A stretch of DNA of 35,646 bases from Candidatus Woesearchaeota archaeon (GTDB lineage Archaea > Nanobdellota > Nanobdellia > Pacearchaeales > GW2011-AR1): positions 1 to 35,646 of the forward strand of contig CAZAAB010000002.1 in the NCBI GenBank assembly GCA_964483015.1. Reading direction: 5' to 3'. The notes below the pieces were generated by a model. That model did no database searches, was not told the DNA's origin, and saw nothing but the letters and a program-made list of their open reading frames with translations. Within the stretch, counting starts at the first letter, position 1; the number at the start of each line of letters is the position of its first letter. A program made the position numbers and the translations under genes. Below are positions 1 through 9,119 of the stretch, in pieces.

Positions 1-127
1 TATACCAAAAAACCAACTTTTAATATTTATTCACCAACAATAAGTTTACAGAACCAAGATTAGAAACCTTTAAAAATATCTGTTTTTAAGATAAAGTTAT
101 GAAGAGGTATTTGCCAGGAGCAAGAAA

Positions 128-454
128 ATGCCAATTAGAAACGGGATTGAAGAAATATCAGAAAATCATTTTCATGAAAAAATTGATAACCCATTAACTG
201 TTATAGATTTCTTTGCTGGATGGCATATGCCCTGCTTACTGATGGAGCCGGTTATTGAAGAGATGGCAGAAAAATTTGATATTATTAAATTTGCCAGAGT
301 AAATGTTGATGAGTGCAGCAAAATAACTGATAAGTTTAGTATTTCTAAATTCCCTACATTAGTCTTGTTTAAGAAGGGTGAGGAGATTGAGAGAATTCAA
401 GGACAACTGCCGGCAGAAGAATTAGAGGAAAAATTAAAAGGTTTTATTAAATAA
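128..454 (+). CDS. Thioredoxin-fold protein with a non-canonical WHMPC motif in place of WCGPC
   Basis: 108 aa with a typical Trx layout (VIDFFAGW-HMPC-..., KFARVNVDE, FPTLVLFKKGE). The first active-site Cys is replaced by His (codon cat, 224-226). Confidence 0.8.
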   Translation: MPIRNGIEEISENHFHEKIDNPLTVIDFFAGWHMPCLLMEPVIEEMAEKFDIIKFARVNVDECSKITDKFSISKFPTLVLFKKGEEIERIQGQLPAEELEEKLKGFIK

Positions 455-674
455 AAATGCAAGAAAGATTATATGATTGCAATAGGAAAGAGCATTATAG
501 ATTTGTTAGAATAAAGAAAGATATTATGAAGTTAAGTAACCTCATTATAGAGAGAATATATTTTGTATTCTAAAAACATTTTTAAACTCATTTTTTCTAT
601 CATTTTTAGCCCTTTACTAGAAAGATGGATAGTGATGAAGAGAAAAGAAAGATAAATTTGTAAAGAGGTTTTAA

Positions 675-827
675 GGACCCGTAGCTCAGTTGGTTAGAGC
701 ACTGGCCTTTTAAGTAGCCTTTTGAAAAGGCTACGGCCAAACCTATAAAACAAAAGGTTTTGATCAAACTTTTTCAAAAAGTTTGGGAGAAAGCCAGGTG
801 TCGGGGGTTCAAGTCCCTCCGGGTCCA
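675..827 (+). tRNA. tRNA-Lys (anticodon UUU) with a 79-nt intron at the canonical 37/38 position
   Basis: Acceptor GGACCCG/CGGGTCC and D arm GCTC-AGTTGGTTA-GAGC. Anticodon stem CTGGC (702-706)/GCCAG (793-797) with loop CTTTTA|A. T arm GGGGG-TTCAAGT-CCCTC, discriminator A, no encoded CCA. Confidence 0.9.
713..791 (+). other. tRNA-Lys intron (about 79 nt) built from three AU-rich hairpins
   Basis: This sequence separates the two halves of the anticodon arm. It contains the hairpins TAGCCTTTT/AAAAGGCTA, AAACC/GGTTT and CAAACTTTTT/AAAAAGTTTG. Exact splice borders are ambiguous by 1 nt because of the A-run. Confidence 0.7.
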
Positions 828-987
828 CTTAATCTAAAAAAAAGAAAATTTACCGAAAGGTTTAAAAACCTAATATTAATTTCATTTAGTATTGGTTAGT
901 TGTAATGGTAAATATGTGAAAATTTTTAATAAAAAATTAAATAAAAAAACCAAGCTTACTAAATAAATCCTGCTTATTTTAAAAAAA

Positions 988-1203
988 ATGCATATACTCC
1001 AGCCGAAACACACCAAATTAGATGAAGAAGAAACAAAAAAACTACTTGAAAAGTATAATATTTCTGTATCTCAACTGCCAAAAATAAAAAAAGAAGACCC
1101 TGCTTTGCCGGAAAATTGTAAAATAGGCGATGTAATCAAGATTGAGAGAGAAGAAAAGTCAGAAAAAAAAGGAGTGAAAAAATATTATAGGGTTGTAGTT
1201 TAA
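988..1203 (+). CDS. rpoH: RNA polymerase subunit H (Rpo5/Rpb5 C-terminal domain homologue)
   Basis: 71 aa with HxLxPKH...LLEKYNI...QLPKI...DP...GDVIKIxR...YYRVV. It sits directly upstream of rpoB, as in the archaeal rpo operon. Confidence 0.85.
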   Translation: MHILQPKHTKLDEEETKKLLEKYNISVSQLPKIKKEDPALPENCKIGDVIKIEREEKSEKKGVKKYYRVVV

Positions 1204-1209
1204 CAAACA

Positions 1210-4200
1210 ATGTCAGAAAAAGAAAAACAAGATGGTTATATGTTAGTAAAGAACTACTTGAAAGAACATTCTTTAGTTGAAAGTAATATTACTTCTTTTA
1301 ATAACTTTATTGAAGAAAAAATGCAGGAAATTGTTGAAGACCTTAATGAAAACCTGCCTGTAGAAGATTTTGAAATCAGCTTGGGAAAAATAAGGGTGGG
1401 AAAGCCAAATGTTATTGAGGCTGATGGTTCTACATCTTTAGTTACCCCAACAGAAGCAAGGTTAAGAAACCTGACCTATTCTGCGCCTGTTTATTTAGAA
1501 ATTGGAGTAAAAAGAGAGGGGCAGAATGAACAAGAAGAAGTTGAGATAGGGAGAATACCTGTTATGGTGGGAAGCAATATATGCAATAAAGCAAGTTTGA
1601 CAGAAGAAGAAAAACAAGAACATTTTATAGACCCAAAAGACCCTGGCGGATATTTTCTTTTAAATGGAAATGAAAGAGTAATGGTTTTAATGGAAGACCT
1701 TGCTGCAAACCAGCCATTTATTGAAGAAAAAAAAGGCAACTTAATGTTAAGATTATTCAGCCAAAGAGGAGCTTATAGAATCCCTATTTCTATAACTGAA
1801 ACTAAAGAAGGAATAATTGAGACCTCTTTTTCAAGATTTCAAGACATCCCAATAGTTGTCTTGCTAAAAGCTTTAGGTATGGAAAAAGATTCTGACATTG
1901 CAAAGTTTATAGGCAAAGAAACAGACAGTGTTATTGTTAACCTTTATGAATTTTCTGATATCAATTCTATTGAAGATGCTATGTTGTGGATGGCTGAAAA
2001 AGCTAACTTGCAGGGAACTAAAAAAGAAATTCTTGACAGGGTTAAACAAAGGATTGACAATTATTTTATGCCCCATATTGGAACTGAAGAAAAAAACAGG
2101 CAGGAAAAGGCAGTAACATTATGCAAGTTTGTAAAGCAGTTTATAATCGCTAAAGAAAATACTGATGTTTATACTGATAAAGACCATTATGCAAATAAAA
2201 GAGTAAAGCTTTCAGGAGACCTTCTTTCAGACTTATTCAGGGTAAACTTGAATATTCTAGTTAGAGATATTCAATACTCTTTATCTAAAACAATTAAGAG
2301 AAAAAAATATTATTCATTGAAAACAATTGCAAAGTCTACTTTATTTTCACATAGGGTTGAGTCCGCATTTGCAACTGGGAGCTGGATAGGCCAGAGAACA
2401 GGGGTTACTCAAAATATGGATAAGACTAACTACTTATCTATTCTTTCACAGTTACAAAGAGTTACTTCTGTCTTGCCTGGAGAAATTGCTAATTTTATGG
2501 CAAGAACTTTACATCCAACACATTATGGCAGGTTTTGCCCAATTGAAACACCTGAAGGTACTGAGATTGGCTTAAGAAAAAACCTTGCCTTGCTCGCAAG
2601 GGTTTCTACTGATATTCCTCTTAATGAAGAAGCATTTGTAAAAAAATTGCAAGAGCTTGGGATGGAGTTACATTCTTCAGAAAAACAAAAAGAGTTTGAT
2701 GTTTTTTTCAATGGCAGGTTTATAGGCAGTGTTGAAAAAGGCAGCGATTTTATGAAAAAAGTTGTTAACGAAAGAAGACAGAATAAGCTTCCTATTCAGC
2801 TTAACATCAGACTTGACAAGCTTGTAAAAACTATTTACATATCTACAGAAGTTGGCAGAGTTTTAAGACCTCTAATAATTGTTGAAAATGGAAAAAACAG
2901 GATGACTGAGGATTATAAAAACAAGGTAGAAAAGGGGGAGATTGGGTGGAAAGACTTGTTAGAAAAAGGAGTAATAGAGTATTTAGATGCGAGTGAAGAA
3001 GAAAATGCCTTAGTTGCAGTAAAAGAGGAAGACATAACTGAAAAACATACGCATGTTGAAATTGACCCTGTTGCTTCTTTAGGAACTATTACCTCTTTAG
3101 TGCCTTATGCTAATCATGACCACCCGCCAAGATTATTAAGAGGAAGCAAGACATTAAAACAAGGTTTAGGAATATATTCTGGAAATTTTCCTATAAGGGT
3201 TGACACAGATGTTTCAATTCTGCATTATCCTCAAAAGCCAATAGTAAAAAGCTTTGTTTATGACACATTAGACATGCACCCTGCAGGACAGAACATGGTT
3301 GTTGCTATAATGACATACGAGGGTTATAATCTTGAAGATGCAATAGTCATGAATAAGGGAAGTATTGACAGGGGCTTAGCAAGAAGCACTTATTTCAGGC
3401 CTTACTCAGCTATAGAGTTAAAATATGCAGGAAACTTAAAAGACGAGATTACAGTTCCTGAAAAAGATGTTTCAGGCTATAAAACAGAGGAATCTTATAA
3501 ATATTTAGAAGATGACGGTTTAGTTTATCCAGAAGCTAAATTAGATGAAGGTGAGGTAGTTATTGGCAAGACAAGCCCCCCTAAGTTTCTTTCAGAAGCA
3601 AGAAATATAGCTATACGAACAAGAAAAGAGACAAGCGAGGTTATAAGACAGGAAGAAAAAGGGATTGTTGATGCTGTTTTTCTTACTACAGATAGAGAGG
3701 GGAATAAGGTTTCTCATGCAAGGACAAGAGACCCAAGAATTCCGGAGTTAGGAGACAAATTTTCAAATCCTCACGGCCAGAAGGGTGTTGTAGGGTTAAT
3801 AGTCCCTGAACAAGACATTCCTTTTACTTCAAGAGGCATCAAACCAGACTTAATATTTAATCCTCATGGAATCCCAAGCAGAATGAGTATGGGCTACTTA
3901 ATCGAGTTATTAGCCGGGAAAATGGGAAGTATAGCTGGAAGAGCTGTTGACGGGACACCTTTTGCTGGTGAAAAAGTTGAAGATATAGAGAAAAATATGA
4001 GAAAAATGGGGTTTAGATACGATGGTAAAGAAACAATGTTTGACCCTATAACCGGCAAACAGATGAAAGCTAAGATTTTTATTGGCAGTATGTATTACTT
4101 AAAACTTAAGTATATGGTAAGTAATAAAATACATGCAAGGGCTTCTGGAAAAGTTCAACTATTAACAAGACAGCCGATTGAGGGCAGGGCTAAAGGCGGG

Positions 4201-4485
4201 GCATTAAGACTAGGAGAAATGGAGCAACAAGCATTAGTTGCTCACGGCTCTTCATTGTTATTAAAAGAAAGATATGATTCTGATAAGGTTGTTGTTCATG
4301 TTTGTAAGGATTGCGGGAGTTTAGCTATTGAAGATAAGATGAAAAATAAGATTAAATGTCCATTTTGTAAGAACTCAGAATCAGAACCTATAGAAATATC
4401 TTACGCATTTAAGTTATTGCTTGAAGAATTGCAGGGAATGCATATTTATAGTAATTTTGAACTGAAAAATAAATATGAAGAGTAG
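1210..4485 (+). CDS. rpoB: RNA polymerase subunit B, unsplit
   Basis: 1091 aa with conserved Rpo2 blocks (GYFLLNGNERV, NHDHPPR, GDKFSNPHGQKGV, LRLGEMEQQAL) and a C-terminal Zn ribbon CKDCG...CPFC. Confidence 0.97.
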   Translation: MSEKEKQDGYMLVKNYLKEHSLVESNITSFNNFIEEKMQEIVEDLNENLPVEDFEISLGKIRVGKPNVIEADGSTSLVTPTEARLRNLTYSAPVYLEIGVKREGQNEQEEVEIGRIPVMVGSNICNKASLTEEEKQEHFIDPKDPGGYFLLNGNERVMVLMEDLAANQPFIEEKKGNLMLRLFSQRGAYRIPISITETKEGIIETSFSRFQDIPIVVLLKALGMEKDSDIAKFIGKETDSVIVNLYEFSDINSIEDAMLWMAEKANLQGTKKEILDRVKQRIDNYFMPHIGTEEKNRQEKAVTLCKFVKQFIIAKENTDVYTDKDHYANKRVKLSGDLLSDLFRVNLNILVRDIQYSLSKTIKRKKYYSLKTIAKSTLFSHRVESAFATGSWIGQRTGVTQNMDKTNYLSILSQLQRVTSVLPGEIANFMARTLHPTHYGRFCPIETPEGTEIGLRKNLALLARVSTDIPLNEEAFVKKLQELGMELHSSEKQKEFDVFFNGRFIGSVEKGSDFMKKVVNERRQNKLPIQLNIRLDKLVKTIYISTEVGRVLRPLIIVENGKNRMTEDYKNKVEKGEIGWKDLLEKGVIEYLDASEEENALVAVKEEDITEKHTHVEIDPVASLGTITSLVPYANHDHPPRLLRGSKTLKQGLGIYSGNFPIRVDTDVSILHYPQKPIVKSFVYDTLDMHPAGQNMVVAIMTYEGYNLEDAIVMNKGSIDRGLARSTYFRPYSAIELKYAGNLKDEITVPEKDVSGYKTEESYKYLEDDGLVYPEAKLDEGEVVIGKTSPPKFLSEARNIAIRTRKETSEVIRQEEKGIVDAVFLTTDREGNKVSHARTRDPRIPELGDKFSNPHGQKGVVGLIVPEQDIPFTSRGIKPDLIFNPHGIPSRMSMGYLIELLAGKMGSIAGRAVDGTPFAGEKVEDIEKNMRKMGFRYDGKETMFDPITGKQMKAKIFIGSMYYLKLKYMVSNKIHARASGKVQLLTRQPIEGRAKGGALRLGEMEQQALVAHGSSLLLKERYDSDKVVVHVCKDCGSLAIEDKMKNKIKCPFCKNSESEPIEISYAFKLLLEELQGMHIYSNFELKNKYEE

Positions 4486-4510
4486 CCTTTCAAAAAGGCT
4501 ACGGCCAAAC
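4481..4510 (+). repeat. 30-nt hairpin-plus-tail element, 28/30 identical to positions 713-742 of the tRNA-Lys intron
   Basis: AGTAGCCTTTCAAAAAGGCTACGGCCAAAC versus AGTAGCCTTTTGAAAAGGCTACGGCCAAAC. It overlaps the rpoB TAG stop (4483-4485). Confidence 0.85.
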
Positions 4511-4529
4511 ATGGAGAAAGGATAAGAAA

Positions 4530-7500
4530 ATGCAAAAAGGAATAAGAAAACAAGTCAGGGCATTGTCTTTTAGCTTGCTTAGTCCTGACAAGATAAAAGA
4601 TTTGTCAGCAGCAAAAATAGTCACACCCGAATTATACGATGTAGACGGCTATCCAGTAGATGGGGGTTTAATGGACTTAAGAATGGGTGTTATAGAACCT
4701 GGAATGAGGTGCAGGACTTGTGGAGGTACATTAAAGGAGTGTGTTGGCCACCCAGGGTCTATTGAAATGGCAAGACCAGTTATTCATGTCAAGTATGCTA
4801 AATTAATCAAAATGCTTCTTCGTTCTTTTTGTGAAAAGTGTGGAAGATTCTTGCTAGACCAGGGCGAATTAAAAAGATATATGAAAAAATCTCTGAAAAA
4901 GAGAATAAAAAAGGCAAGAGACACAAAAAAATGCCCTTACTGTAATGCTGAGCAGGGTAAAATAAAGTTAGAGAATCCTACAACTTTTAGGATTGGCAAA
5001 AAAAGACTTTTCCCAAATGAGATTAGGGAAAGACTTACATTAATACCAGATGACCAGTTAAGACTTGTAGGGATTAATCCTAAACATACAAGACCTGAGT
5101 GGGCAATCATTTCTCTACTAATAGTTCCACCTGTTACTGTAAGACCTTCAATTACTCTTGAGTCAGGAGAAAGAAGTGAAGATGATTTAACACATAAGTT
5201 AGGAGATATTATAAGGGCAAACCAAAGATTATGGGAAAACTTAAATGCTGGTGCTCCTGAAGTTATTGTTGAAGACTTATGGGACTTGCTTCAATATCAT
5301 GTTACAACCTTTTTTGACAATACTATTTCAAGAATCCCTCCTGCAAGACATAGGTCTGGACAGCCGTTAAAAACAATTACAGAAAGAATAAAAGGCAAGG
5401 AAGGAAGAATCAGGCATAATCTTACTGGTAAAAGAGTTAATTTTTCTTCAAGAAGTGTTATTTCTCCAGATCCTTATCTTAAAATAAATGAGGTTGGTGT
5501 CCCTTTAGAGATTGCAAAAGTTTTAACTGTTGCTGAAAAAGTAACTTCCTTAAATATTGAAAAAATGAAAGAGATTGTAAAAAAGGGAAGTGATTATCCT
5601 GGAGCTAACTATATAGTGAGGCCAGACGGGAAGAGGAAAAAAATAACACCTGAATTAAAAGAGGAAGTTCTTGAAGAGTTGCAGGTTGGGTATTTAGTTG
5701 AAAGACACCTGAAAGATGGAGATATAGTGTTATTTAACAGGCACCCTTCTTTACATAAGCAGAGTATTATGGGGCATATTGTTAAAGTTTTGCCCTCAAA
5801 AACATTTAGATTGCATCCATCTGTCTGTCATCCTTATAATGCTGATTTTGATGGGGATGAGATGAATGTTCATGCTCCCCAGACTGAAGAAGCAAGAAGT
5901 GAGACAAAAACTCTTTTAAATGTAAATGAAAACCTGATTAGCAGTAAAAATAATACTAATTTGCTGGGATGTATTCAAGACCCAATAACTGGCAATTTTT
6001 TGGCAAGTAAAGAAAAAATAAAGGCAAGAGATGCAGAGCAGTTGCTTTTTCAGGCAGGTATTGAAACTGAGATAAAAAAAGACATTGATGGAAGGGAAAT
6101 TTTTTCATCTATTCTTCCTAAAATTGATTTTGAAAATAAAAAAGTTAAGATAGAAAAGGGTAAGGTTGAGAAAGGAGTTATTGATGAAAATACTTTTGGT
6201 GTTGAAGAAGGAGAGTTGTTAAGAAAATTAGATAAAGATTTTGGCAGGGAAAAAAGCCTTGATGTTTTGAAAAAAGCCTTCACACTGGGAACAAATTATA
6301 TTTCTAGAAGAGGTTTTTCTCTTTCCTTAAATGACCTCACAGTAAATGAAAAGACAAAACAGGAAACAGAAAAAATAATTAAAAAAGCTGAAGAAGAAAC
6401 AAGCAAGATAATAGATTCTTATAAAAAAGGCAAGTTAGACTTAATTCCTGGCAGAAGTCTTGAAGAGAGCAGGGAGATAAAGATTCTTCAAACATTAAAC
6501 CATATCAGGACAGAGGTGGGTAAGGTAGTTAGGCAAGAGTTAAAGAGGAATAACCCTGTTAATATTATGATTATTTCTGGTGCAAGGGGCAATGTATTAA
6601 ATATAACTCAAAGCTCTTGTAATGTCGGGCAGCAGGCGTTGTGGGCAAGAAGGATTAATATTGGCTACACAAATAGAACCTTATCTTTTTTTGAGGAAAA
6701 TGACCTGTCTCCAGAGTCAAGAGGATTTATAAGAAACAGTTATTTAGAAGGTTTAGAGCCTCATGAATTTTTCTTTGGTTCAATGACTGGAAGAGACAGT
6801 TTAATGGATACTGCTTTAAGAACACCTAAGTCTGGTTATTTATACAGAAGACTTGCAAATGCTTTACAAGACTTAAAAATTGAGTATGATAAAACATTAA
6901 GAGATGCTTCTCAGAATATTGTCCAGTTTAAGTATGGTGAAGATGGCAAAGATGTTTCTGCTCTTCATAAAGATGGAGAAATACCTGCTGGAGAAGCTGC
7001 AGGAATTGTTTCTGCACAGTCTTTTGGCGAGCCTTCAACACAAATGGCATTAAGAACATTTCACCTTGCTGGTGTGCAAGAAATGCAGATTACACAGGGC
7101 TTGTCAAGACTGATTGAAATATTTGATGCGAGAAAAACCCCTTCAACCCCATTAATGGAGGTTTATCTTGATACAGAACATAACAATCAAAAAGATGCTA
7201 AAGAAGTTGCTGAAAAAATTAAAGAAGTTAAGTTAAAAGAAATAGCTTCTTCTTTTAAGATTAATTTTTCAGATAAAAGAATAGAAATTAATACAGATAG
7301 CAAGGCAGTTAGGTCAACACATACTACATTAAAGAAAATAATTGAAAAATTAAACAGTAAAAAAGGTATAGATGTGAAAAAGAAAGGCAGTTCTATCTAC
7401 AGTAAAGATAAAGATCTTGACTTTAAACAGCTTTACAAGTTAAAAGAAAAGTTAAAAGAATCTATTGTTTCAGGGATTAAGGGTATTGATCAGGTTTTAG

Positions 7501-7997
7501 TTGTTAAAAGAGAGAGGTATTATGTAATACTGACTTCTGGTTCTAACTTGAAGAAAGTTTTAAAAGTTGAGGGGGTAAGCCAGGAAAAAACAGTTACTAA
7601 TGATCTTTATGAAGTTGCTGATGTATTAGGTATTGAAGCAGCAAGACAGTTGATAATTAATGAGGTTAAGAAAGTTTTAAATCAGCAGGGTCTTGATATT
7701 GATCACAGGCATATTGTCCTGGTTGCTGATGCTATGACTTATAAAGGAAATGTTAAAGGAATTACAAGAATGGGTATTATTAGTGAAAAGTCTTCTGTTT
7801 TGGCAAGGTCTGCTTTTGAAACACCAATAAGACAGTTTATTAACGCGAGCATTCGGGGCGGGAAAGATGAGCTTGCTTCTGTTATTGAAAATATAATTCT
7901 AAATCAGCCCGTACCTGTTGGGACCGGCTTGCCGGGCTTGCAAGTTGAAGTGACAGGACCTTTAACTAAGAAAAAAGCTAAGAAAAAAAAGAAATAA
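4530..7997 (+). CDS. rpoA: RNA polymerase subunit A, with A' and A'' regions in a single ORF
   Basis: 1155 aa. N-terminal Zn motifs are present (CRTCGG...C.GH). The catalytic NADFDGDEMN and A'-type block FFFGSMTGRDSLMDTALRT are followed in frame by A''-type blocks (GEAAGIVSAQSFGEPSTQMALRTFHLAG, ARSAFE). Confidence 0.95.
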   Translation: MQKGIRKQVRALSFSLLSPDKIKDLSAAKIVTPELYDVDGYPVDGGLMDLRMGVIEPGMRCRTCGGTLKECVGHPGSIEMARPVIHVKYAKLIKMLLRSFCEKCGRFLLDQGELKRYMKKSLKKRIKKARDTKKCPYCNAEQGKIKLENPTTFRIGKKRLFPNEIRERLTLIPDDQLRLVGINPKHTRPEWAIISLLIVPPVTVRPSITLESGERSEDDLTHKLGDIIRANQRLWENLNAGAPEVIVEDLWDLLQYHVTTFFDNTISRIPPARHRSGQPLKTITERIKGKEGRIRHNLTGKRVNFSSRSVISPDPYLKINEVGVPLEIAKVLTVAEKVTSLNIEKMKEIVKKGSDYPGANYIVRPDGKRKKITPELKEEVLEELQVGYLVERHLKDGDIVLFNRHPSLHKQSIMGHIVKVLPSKTFRLHPSVCHPYNADFDGDEMNVHAPQTEEARSETKTLLNVNENLISSKNNTNLLGCIQDPITGNFLASKEKIKARDAEQLLFQAGIETEIKKDIDGREIFSSILPKIDFENKKVKIEKGKVEKGVIDENTFGVEEGELLRKLDKDFGREKSLDVLKKAFTLGTNYISRRGFSLSLNDLTVNEKTKQETEKIIKKAEEETSKIIDSYKKGKLDLIPGRSLEESREIKILQTLNHIRTEVGKVVRQELKRNNPVNIMIISGARGNVLNITQSSCNVGQQALWARRINIGYTNRTLSFFEENDLSPESRGFIRNSYLEGLEPHEFFFGSMTGRDSLMDTALRTPKSGYLYRRLANALQDLKIEYDKTLRDASQNIVQFKYGEDGKDVSALHKDGEIPAGEAAGIVSAQSFGEPSTQMALRTFHLAGVQEMQITQGLSRLIEIFDARKTPSTPLMEVYLDTEHNNQKDAKEVAEKIKEVKLKEIASSFKINFSDKRIEINTDSKAVRSTHTTLKKIIEKLNSKKGIDVKKKGSSIYSKDKDLDFKQLYKLKEKLKESIVSGIKGIDQVLVVKRERYYVILTSGSNLKKVLKVEGVSQEKTVTNDLYEVADVLGIEAARQLIINEVKKVLNQQGLDIDHRHIVLVADAMTYKGNVKGITRMGIISEKSSVLARSAFETPIRQFINASIRGGKDELASVIENIILNQPVPVGTGLPGLQVEVTGPLTKKKAKKKKK

Positions 7998-7998
7998 G

Positions 7999-8427
7999 AT
8001 GAATCAGACAATAGATATGAACCATATAAGGTACTTGAACTTATTTGAGAAGGTTACTAAAGTTAGGACTAAACATTGTTTTAAGTACAATGATTTTTTA
8101 GTTTTTGCTGTTCCTGTTAAGCTTGTTTCTAAGGCAATAGGTGAAAAAGGCAAGAATGTTAAAAAATTAAGCAGGATTTTAAACAAGAAGATAAAGATTG
8201 TTCCCTTGCCAAAAAATAACAGTGAAGAAGAAACAAAAAACTTTATAGTCCAGATTATTAAACCCTTAGGTTTTAAAAATATGAAAATTGATGAAAAAAA
8301 CAGCAAAATACAGATTAAAGCTGGCAGACAAAACAAAGCTGCCTTGATTGGCAGGGGTAGGCAGAGAGAAAAAGAACTGAATGAAATTGCAAGAAGTTTT
8401 TTTAGTAAAGAGATTGAGATTATTTAA
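7999..8427 (+). CDS. nusA: Archaeal NusA-like KH-domain protein
   Basis: 142 aa with KH-like GxxGxN motifs (AIGEKGKNVKKL, LIGRGRQ). It lies between rpoA and rps12, the conserved operon position. Confidence 0.8.
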   Translation: MNQTIDMNHIRYLNLFEKVTKVRTKHCFKYNDFLVFAVPVKLVSKAIGEKGKNVKKLSRILNKKIKIVPLPKNNSEEETKNFIVQIIKPLGFKNMKIDEKNSKIQIKAGRQNKAALIGRGRQREKELNEIARSFFSKEIEII

Positions 8428-8467
8428 GAATAAACTTTTTAAACTCAATTTAATCTAACTTGATAAG

Positions 8468-8890
8468 ATGGGATTGATGAATGCGAGAAAATTAGAAAAG
8501 AAAAGGCAGAAGTTTAGATGGAAGAATAGAAAATATAGAGCTAGAAAGCTAAACTTGAAAGAAAAATCTGACCCTTTAGAAGGAAAACCGCAAGCTAAAG
8601 CTTTAGTAATTGAAAAAGTTCAGAGAGAGGCAAAACAGCCAAACTCAGCTATGAGAAAAGCAGCAAGGGTACAGTTAATGAAAAATGGCAAAAGCACTAC
8701 TGCATTTATACCTGGTAATGAAGCTGAAAAGTTTATCAATGAGCATGATGAGGTTACTATAGAAAGAATAGGCGGGAAGCAGGGTGGCAGCAAGGGTGAT
8801 ATTCCTGGAATTAAGTTTCAAGTTATTAAAGTTAATGGTCAGCCTTTGAAAAGATTAGTAGAAGGTAAGATTGAAAAAGGTAGAAGGTAA
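8468..8890 (+). CDS. rps12: 30S ribosomal protein uS12
   Basis: 140 aa with [23 protein letters not shown]...DEV.IE..GG..G...GDIPG. Confidence 0.95.
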   Translation: MGLMNARKLEKKRQKFRWKNRKYRARKLNLKEKSDPLEGKPQAKALVIEKVQREAKQPNSAMRKAARVQLMKNGKSTTAFIPGNEAEKFINEHDEVTIERIGGKQGGSKGDIPGIKFQVIKVNGQPLKRLVEGKIEKGRR

Positions 8891-8891
8891 A

Positions 8892-9119
8892 ATGGGGACA
8901 ATAAACCGGTTAATAAGATTAGTAACTAGACAAACTGAAATAGACCCTTATGTCGTTGGGCAACATGAAGAAGCAGCAGTCAGATTAAGAGATTCTGAAG
9001 ATTCAGAAAATCTAGAAAAAGCTTTGATAAAATTAGCAAGAAAAGGCAGAAGTTATTTGGTTGAATATAAAAGTACTAAAAGCGGGCAGATTTACGCACA
9101 TTTAAGGAGAACAAGATGA
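8892..9119 (+). CDS. Orphan 75-aa protein inserted between rps12 and rps7
   Basis: The ATG at 8892 lies 1 nt after the rps12 stop. The track's 8871 start is a TTG inside rps12. The stop overlaps the rps7 ATG (ATGA at 9116-9119). No family recognised. Confidence 0.5.
   Translation: MGTINRLIRLVTRQTEIDPYVVGQHEEAAVRLRDSEDSENLEKALIKLARKGRSYLVEYKSTKSGQIYAHLRRTR

Noticed and set aside
631-660. A GTGATGA (C-box-like) heptamer upstream of tRNA-Lys, considered as a C/D-box sRNA.
   Set aside because: No CTGA D box, C'/D' pair or terminal stem lies within the expected 50-70 nt.
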